NCBI GenBank assembly: GCA_045046875.1
Contig: JASFYY010000042.1
Coordinates: 1 to 43,451 of the forward strand
Direction of reading: 5' to 3'
Length of the DNA: 43,451 bases
Source: Verrucomicrobiota bacterium
GTDB lineage: Bacteria; Verrucomicrobiota; Verrucomicrobiia; Verrucomicrobiales; DEV007
The notes beneath the pieces were generated by a model. That model searched no databases and was not told the DNA's origin. It saw only the letters and a list, made by a program, of their open reading frames with translations. A program made the translations under genes and the position numbers. Position 1 is the stretch's first letter. The number at the start of each line of letters is the position of its first letter. This document shows positions 39,189-43,451 of the stretch, piece after piece.

Positions 39189-41359
39189 CGCCCTTTATTC
39201 CTCAACCAGCTGGCAAAAGTGCCTGCGGGGGTTTTCTTCTCCACAACAGCCACTTCAGCTTCCGAGTTCGAAGCCGCCTCTGCTACCGAGATCACGCTTT
39301 CCGATGCCAGTGATGCCTCGTAAGCTTCATAGTCCACCGCTTTGCCTGAATCCAAATCGCCTTTACTTCCGCCCTTCGGCATAAATGCTCCCCACTCATA
39401 ACTCAACTTCGCCGAGACGTAATGCTGACTAGCGTTGTTACGGAAAAACACCCCTTCATAGTCAGTCAGAAAAGCCACTCCGTTAGCCAGTTCAAAACGC
39501 AGACCAGCTCCAGCCGTCAACCAATCCGTGCCTGGATATGCACCACCGTCCTCGGCGGAGAAACCTCCCAATCGGCTGACATTATTACCCGTCACCAAAG
39601 CAAAAGGCGAGGTCTGCAAACTGGCTCCCACTACGCCGTTCTGCGGCATGTATTCATGCTCCCATGCCAAACGCACTTGCGACACCAGTCGCCCCCAACC
39701 TGTCGCTTGAGTATGCGTCGCCTGCCAACCCAGACGGCTGACCATCGATTCAAAATCGGTGCCATTGTAGTTCAAAGCAGCCGACCCGCCGCCACGCTCG
39801 CTGTAAGAATCCACATCACCTGTGCCGTAGCGCAAACCCGCGATCGGACCCGTCACGATATTGCGAGTGACATTGAAGTTACGCCCGAAATTCAAACGTA
39901 TATTGTGACTTTGACTATCGGCATCACCGTTTGCACGGCTACCGAGTCCCGTATTGCGACTGATGTCATTATTAAAGCTGCCGTAACTGTAAAGCAGATC
40001 CGCCCAATACTGACGCCAAAAGGTGGTGGCGTAGCCGGAAATCAGATTACCTTCGAGATCGATATCACCGTAGTTACCCGCGACATTGGTATCACTCTGC
40101 AAATAGCTCCAAGCTGCGCCAAGGTTGAGCCAATCTGTTACCCGATATTCGATACCCGCGGTGCCAGCGTAAGTCGTGGTGGTGAATCCCTGCATCAAGT
40201 TACTCAACTGATCCTGATCGTAATTGCTGAAATCACCAGCAACAAACATTTCCCAACGTTTCAACTCAGTGCCTTCGACTACAGCTTTGGCATCGTCGAT
40301 CACCGTCTTGCCCGAAGGTGCAGCTTCGACGATGTGCACCGTAGCCGCTCCACCTGCCATTGGCATCATTGGCACGCCCATCATCGCGTAGGGCAAACCA
40401 CCGCTCAGTCCGTTCGCTGCCAAAGTATCCGCAACCCCACCCACCTCAATGATGCGTTCCCCTGCATCAGCCAGACCGAGAGCGACTTTGTAGGACATAT
40501 TCTCATCTTGATTAAAAGCGAGATAGCGCAGTAAACTCGAATCACCACCGATAGTGGAAACCAAAGCACTTGGCGCATTTTCACGCCCCGAACGAGCGCG
40601 AAACAGACGGTTGTTCAAATCCGACAAAGCCGCATTCGGCGCGCTCTGAGTCACCTGTTGATTGACCAGCCCCATGCCAAGCCCGCTGGTCATGGTGGAA
40701 TAGATAGCTCCGACGTCAGTGACCAGAAAGGTGGGAGTAGTTTTTCGACGGCGAATAGGGGTAACGGCAAGCGCGGGAACCGTTACTCCATCCGCACGAA
40801 TCAGCCAGTTACCTGGAAAACCAAAACCATCTACCACCCCTCCAATTAGCGTTGCTCCAAGAGCATTGGGATCGAGCAGAGCAGCGCTACTATTAGAAAA
40901 AGCCCAACTTTGTCCAGCACTGGAGTCCTGATCTAATCCTCCCATGAAATCAAGCCCTTGAAATCCGGCAAAAAAGAAATCACCTGCGGCAAACATGGTC
41001 GGCGCTATAGAGAAATTGATAAACGTATTCGTTCCCTCCAATGCACTCACTCCAGCAACAGACTGCAAAACCACTGCGTCAAGCGGATTGCCGTCATTAT
41101 TAGGGTCGGACCATAGATAAGCTGTTATGGGTGTCATCGGTGAGTTCGTAGTCCCAAAAGCAATAGAAATATTATTTATGGCAATGTCCTGAGTCGTTTG
41201 AAAAGAATTCAACCATATGACCTGCGCCCCCCCTACCCCTACGCTGAGTTCCGAGGAGCCATCGTCGTGAGAAAAGGAGACCGGAACTTGAGACCTCCCC
41301 TGCGTCACAAGCAATATAGATACTAAAAACACGCCTGATATATAAATGAGTTTATTCAT
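39185..41359 (-). CDS. Autotransporter-domain outer membrane protein
   Basis: Signal peptide from MNKLIY (ATG 41359); barrel motifs YSERGG, W.HEY, GAGLRFE, last strand KLSYEW. Confidence 0.85.
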   Translation of the reverse strand: MNKLIYISGVFLVSILLVTQGRSQVPVSFSHDDGSSELSVGVGGAQVIWLNSFQTTQDIAINNISIAFGTTNSPMTPITAYLWSDPNNDGNPLDAVVLQSVAGVSALEGTNTFINFSIAPTMFAAGDFFFAGFQGLDFMGGLDQDSSAGQSWAFSNSSAALLDPNALGATLIGGVVDGFGFPGNWLIRADGVTVPALAVTPIRRRKTTPTFLVTDVGAIYSTMTSGLGMGLVNQQVTQSAPNAALSDLNNRLFRARSGRENAPSALVSTIGGDSSLLRYLAFNQDENMSYKVALGLADAGERIIEVGGVADTLAANGLSGGLPYAMMGVPMMPMAGGAATVHIVEAAPSGKTVIDDAKAVVEGTELKRWEMFVAGDFSNYDQDQLSNLMQGFTTTTYAGTAGIEYRVTDWLNLGAAWSYLQSDTNVAGNYGDIDLEGNLISGYATTFWRQYWADLLYSYGSFNNDISRNTGLGSRANGDADSQSHNIRLNFGRNFNVTRNIVTGPIAGLRYGTGDVDSYSERGGGSAALNYNGTDFESMVSRLGWQATHTQATGWGRLVSQVRLAWEHEYMPQNGVVGASLQTSPFALVTGNNVSRLGGFSAEDGGAYPGTDWLTAGAGLRFELANGVAFLTDYEGVFFRNNASQHYVSAKLSYEWGAFMPKGGSKGDLDSGKAVDYEAYEASLASESVISVAEAASNSEAEVAVVEKKTPAGTFASWLRNKGR

Positions 41360-41489
41360 ATGAAAATGAAAGTTGAAGCAGGGGAAATTCCCATATAACC
41401 AAACTATGTAACACTCGCCCCCTGCCTCAATCAAGCTTTTTCCAACAACCTTAATGAAGGTCTCCACGGCAAGCGTTTTCGCTTAGACC

Positions 41490-41910
41490 CAGGCTCTGCT
41501 CCGCAAGAATGAGGAGCAGAGCCTGATTCGCTCAAGCCGCAAAGACGCCGAGGAAGATGACGCATTGAAACGGTCTCAACCAAAGGAAATGAATTGAAAA
41601 CTATTCGCATGGATGGCCAAGATATACAGGATTCCTAAAATAGAATATTTTGAGTGCCTCCTTCTTATCTTCAATCCTACTCCGGGCGAGCGAAGCCCTC
41701 CTACCCTACAATAATAGCCGTTAACCGAGCACTAACCGATACCCCTCCCCCCCTCCCTATCCTGTCCCTCCCGTTCATCCATGTTTAAAATCTTTCCCCT
41801 CTTATCTTCTCCCATTTGCCTCTGGGTAGTATCCTTCGTCTATCTTCGCTTCTGGCTCCACCCCCAGCAGCTCTCCCCCCTCTTCTTCGCGCCGCTTAGC
41901 CCCCTTCGTG
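41490..41910. repeat. Cluster of nested palindromes and inverted repeats
   Basis: 13-bp hairpin 41490-41525; IR pair 41607-41632 / 41759-41784; degenerate outer arms about 41527-41557 / 41881-41911; GTAG-type motif 41676-41709. Confidence 0.65.
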
Positions 41911-41912
41911 GA

Positions 41913-43451
41913 TCACCCTTCCACCTCAATCGGTGCCTCCGGCAATGCTTTCAAAAACGCACTACCATACCTCTTGCTCAACACCCGATTATCCAGGATC
42001 ACCACCATGCCGCGATCATCCTGCGAACGAATCAATCGCCCCGCGCCCTGCCTCAATTTCAAAATAGCTTCCGGCAACGAGTACTCCATAAACGCATTAC
42101 CCCCCTCGTCTTCGATCGCCTCCATCCTCGCAGCCGTCAGCGGGTGACTTGGCACCGCAAAAGGCAGCCGGGTGATGATCACATTTTCCAAGGCCTCCCC
42201 CGGCACATCCACCCCGGTCCAAAAACTATCCGTGCCCAACAACACCGAACTCTCGTTCTCACGAAACTGCTCCAGCAAATACCTGCGCGACCCGCCACGC
42301 CCCTGCACGATCATATCCCATCCCTGACTTGAAAAGTAAGATCCCAGACTATCCGCCACCATATTCAACAGCTTCCACGAAGTGAACAAAATAAAAGCCC
42401 GGCCTTGTGACTTAGCGACAAAATGGCGAATCCACTTCACCAAAGCCTCGTCATAACCCGTCTCACCCGGCGCCGGCATCGATCTCACCAGATGCACCTT
42501 CATCTGCTTGGCATAATCAAAAGGACTGCCAATCTGCACCGCCGTGCACTCCTCCGCCCCCACTCGGTTTTGAAAATATTCCAACTCCTTATTCCCTACC
42601 CCCAATGTTGCACTGGTCACCACACAGCTTTTGCCATTTTCAAAAAAGATCGGTCGCAGCCGCTCCGCCACATTGATCGGTGCCGCATTCAACGAAACCG
42701 AATCTTTATTGATCCCTCCCTGCTCCACCCAATAAACATGCCCCTCCGCACTTTGATCGAGAAACGCACTGATCGCCTCACGCGCCTCCCCCATCCGCCG
42801 CGCCAAATCCTGCAGCTCCAACTTGGCCGATTCCTTGTCATCCCGATCCGCCGCCTCCAGCGCGCAAGCCCGGATCTTGCGCAAGCCCTCCGCCAAAGTA
42901 TTCTCCACCAACTCCGGATTCCTCACCCGGAACTCCCGCTCCCACGGTTTGCTGTTGTGAAAACCACACTCACTCTCAATGCCCATGAAAAAGTCGTCCA
43001 TCTCCCCCAATACCGCCGCCGTCTCCTCGATGCCGCGCATGTCCCCCGCCAGCTTGAACAGCCCCTTGTGATTACGCGGATTATACAAACGGTGCAGCTC
43101 AAAACGCAAACCCGCCTGGGTCACATTCAAACCCAACTGCTTGGCCGCCACCGATTCCAAAGTATGCGCCTCATCAAAAATCACAAAATCATTGGGAAAC
43201 AAAGTGCCGGTTCCTTTTTCGACCAACTCCGGCTGCGCCGCCAGCAGAGTGAAAAACAAAGTATGGTTCATCACCACCAAATCAGCAGCGGCGATTTTTT
43301 TGCGCACCTCCTGATAAAAACACGCCCCCGTGCCTCCACAGGTTTTCAGCGTACAAATATGCGCCTCACTGCACACCTGCGCCCACACCCTCGGCGGCAC
43401 CACAAAATTCATATCACTGGTGCTGCCATCGCTGGTCTGTTTGCACCAGTC
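41913..43451 (-). CDS. DinG/YoaA family Fe-S helicase, 3' part (5'-truncated by window)
   Basis: Frame open to the window end; Cys cluster C..HIC..C..CFY, DEAH, TSATL, SPFDY, FWTGVDVPG, QGAGRLIR. Confidence 0.93.
   Translation of the reverse strand, partial: DWCKQTSDGSTSDMNFVVPPRVWAQVCSEAHICTLKTCGGTGACFYQEVRKKIAAADLVVMNHTLFFTLLAAQPELVEKGTGTLFPNDFVIFDEAHTLESVAAKQLGLNVTQAGLRFELHRLYNPRNHKGLFKLAGDMRGIEETAAVLGEMDDFFMGIESECGFHNSKPWEREFRVRNPELVENTLAEGLRKIRACALEAADRDDKESAKLELQDLARRMGEAREAISAFLDQSAEGHVYWVEQGGINKDSVSLNAAPINVAERLRPIFFENGKSCVVTSATLGVGNKELEYFQNRVGAEECTAVQIGSPFDYAKQMKVHLVRSMPAPGETGYDEALVKWIRHFVAKSQGRAFILFTSWKLLNMVADSLGSYFSSQGWDMIVQGRGGSRRYLLEQFRENESSVLLGTDSFWTGVDVPGEALENVIITRLPFAVPSHPLTAARMEAIEDEGGNAFMEYSLPEAILKLRQGAGRLIRSQDDRGMVVILDNRVLSKRYGSAFLKALPEAPIEVEG

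Noticed and set aside
41781..42332. 183-aa + strand ORF and similar long antisense ORFs (e.g. 39422-40534, 33441-34124, 16465-17223)
   Set aside because: Shadow frames of well-supported genes, with no recognisable motifs.

Overview
Mostly housekeeping chromosome from a PVC-superphylum bacterium, most likely Verrucomicrobiota. This is inferred from the DUF1549/DUF1553 + DUF1501 pair, a DUF6807-like protein, a sulfatase and the kinase-TPR architecture. It holds about 35 CDS, including the cstA 3' end, a PAS hybrid kinase, ilvD, serA, ruvC, a DEAD-box helicase, ffh-rpsP-khpA, trpD, mazEF, an autotransporter and the dinG 3' part. I found no rRNA, tRNA, CRISPR array or transposase. The best candidate for an undescribed system is a two-gene signalling module at 24269-28363: an FHA-fused class III nucleotide cyclase with Asp at the usual ATP-specifying Lys, next to a non-RD membrane Ser/Thr kinase-TPR carrying a duplicated T-I-A-[E/D] insert that could dock the FHA domain. 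Other observations: paired or nested intergenic inverted repeats; a repeat-bounded AT-rich islet whose ExbD-like domain is split by an amber stop; a frameshifted lipoprotein; an autotransporter with an apparent PEP-CTERM relic; a His/Gly-rich CxxCH secreted peptide; and recurring leaderless-type promoters. All family assignments come from motif recognition by eye, with no database searches.
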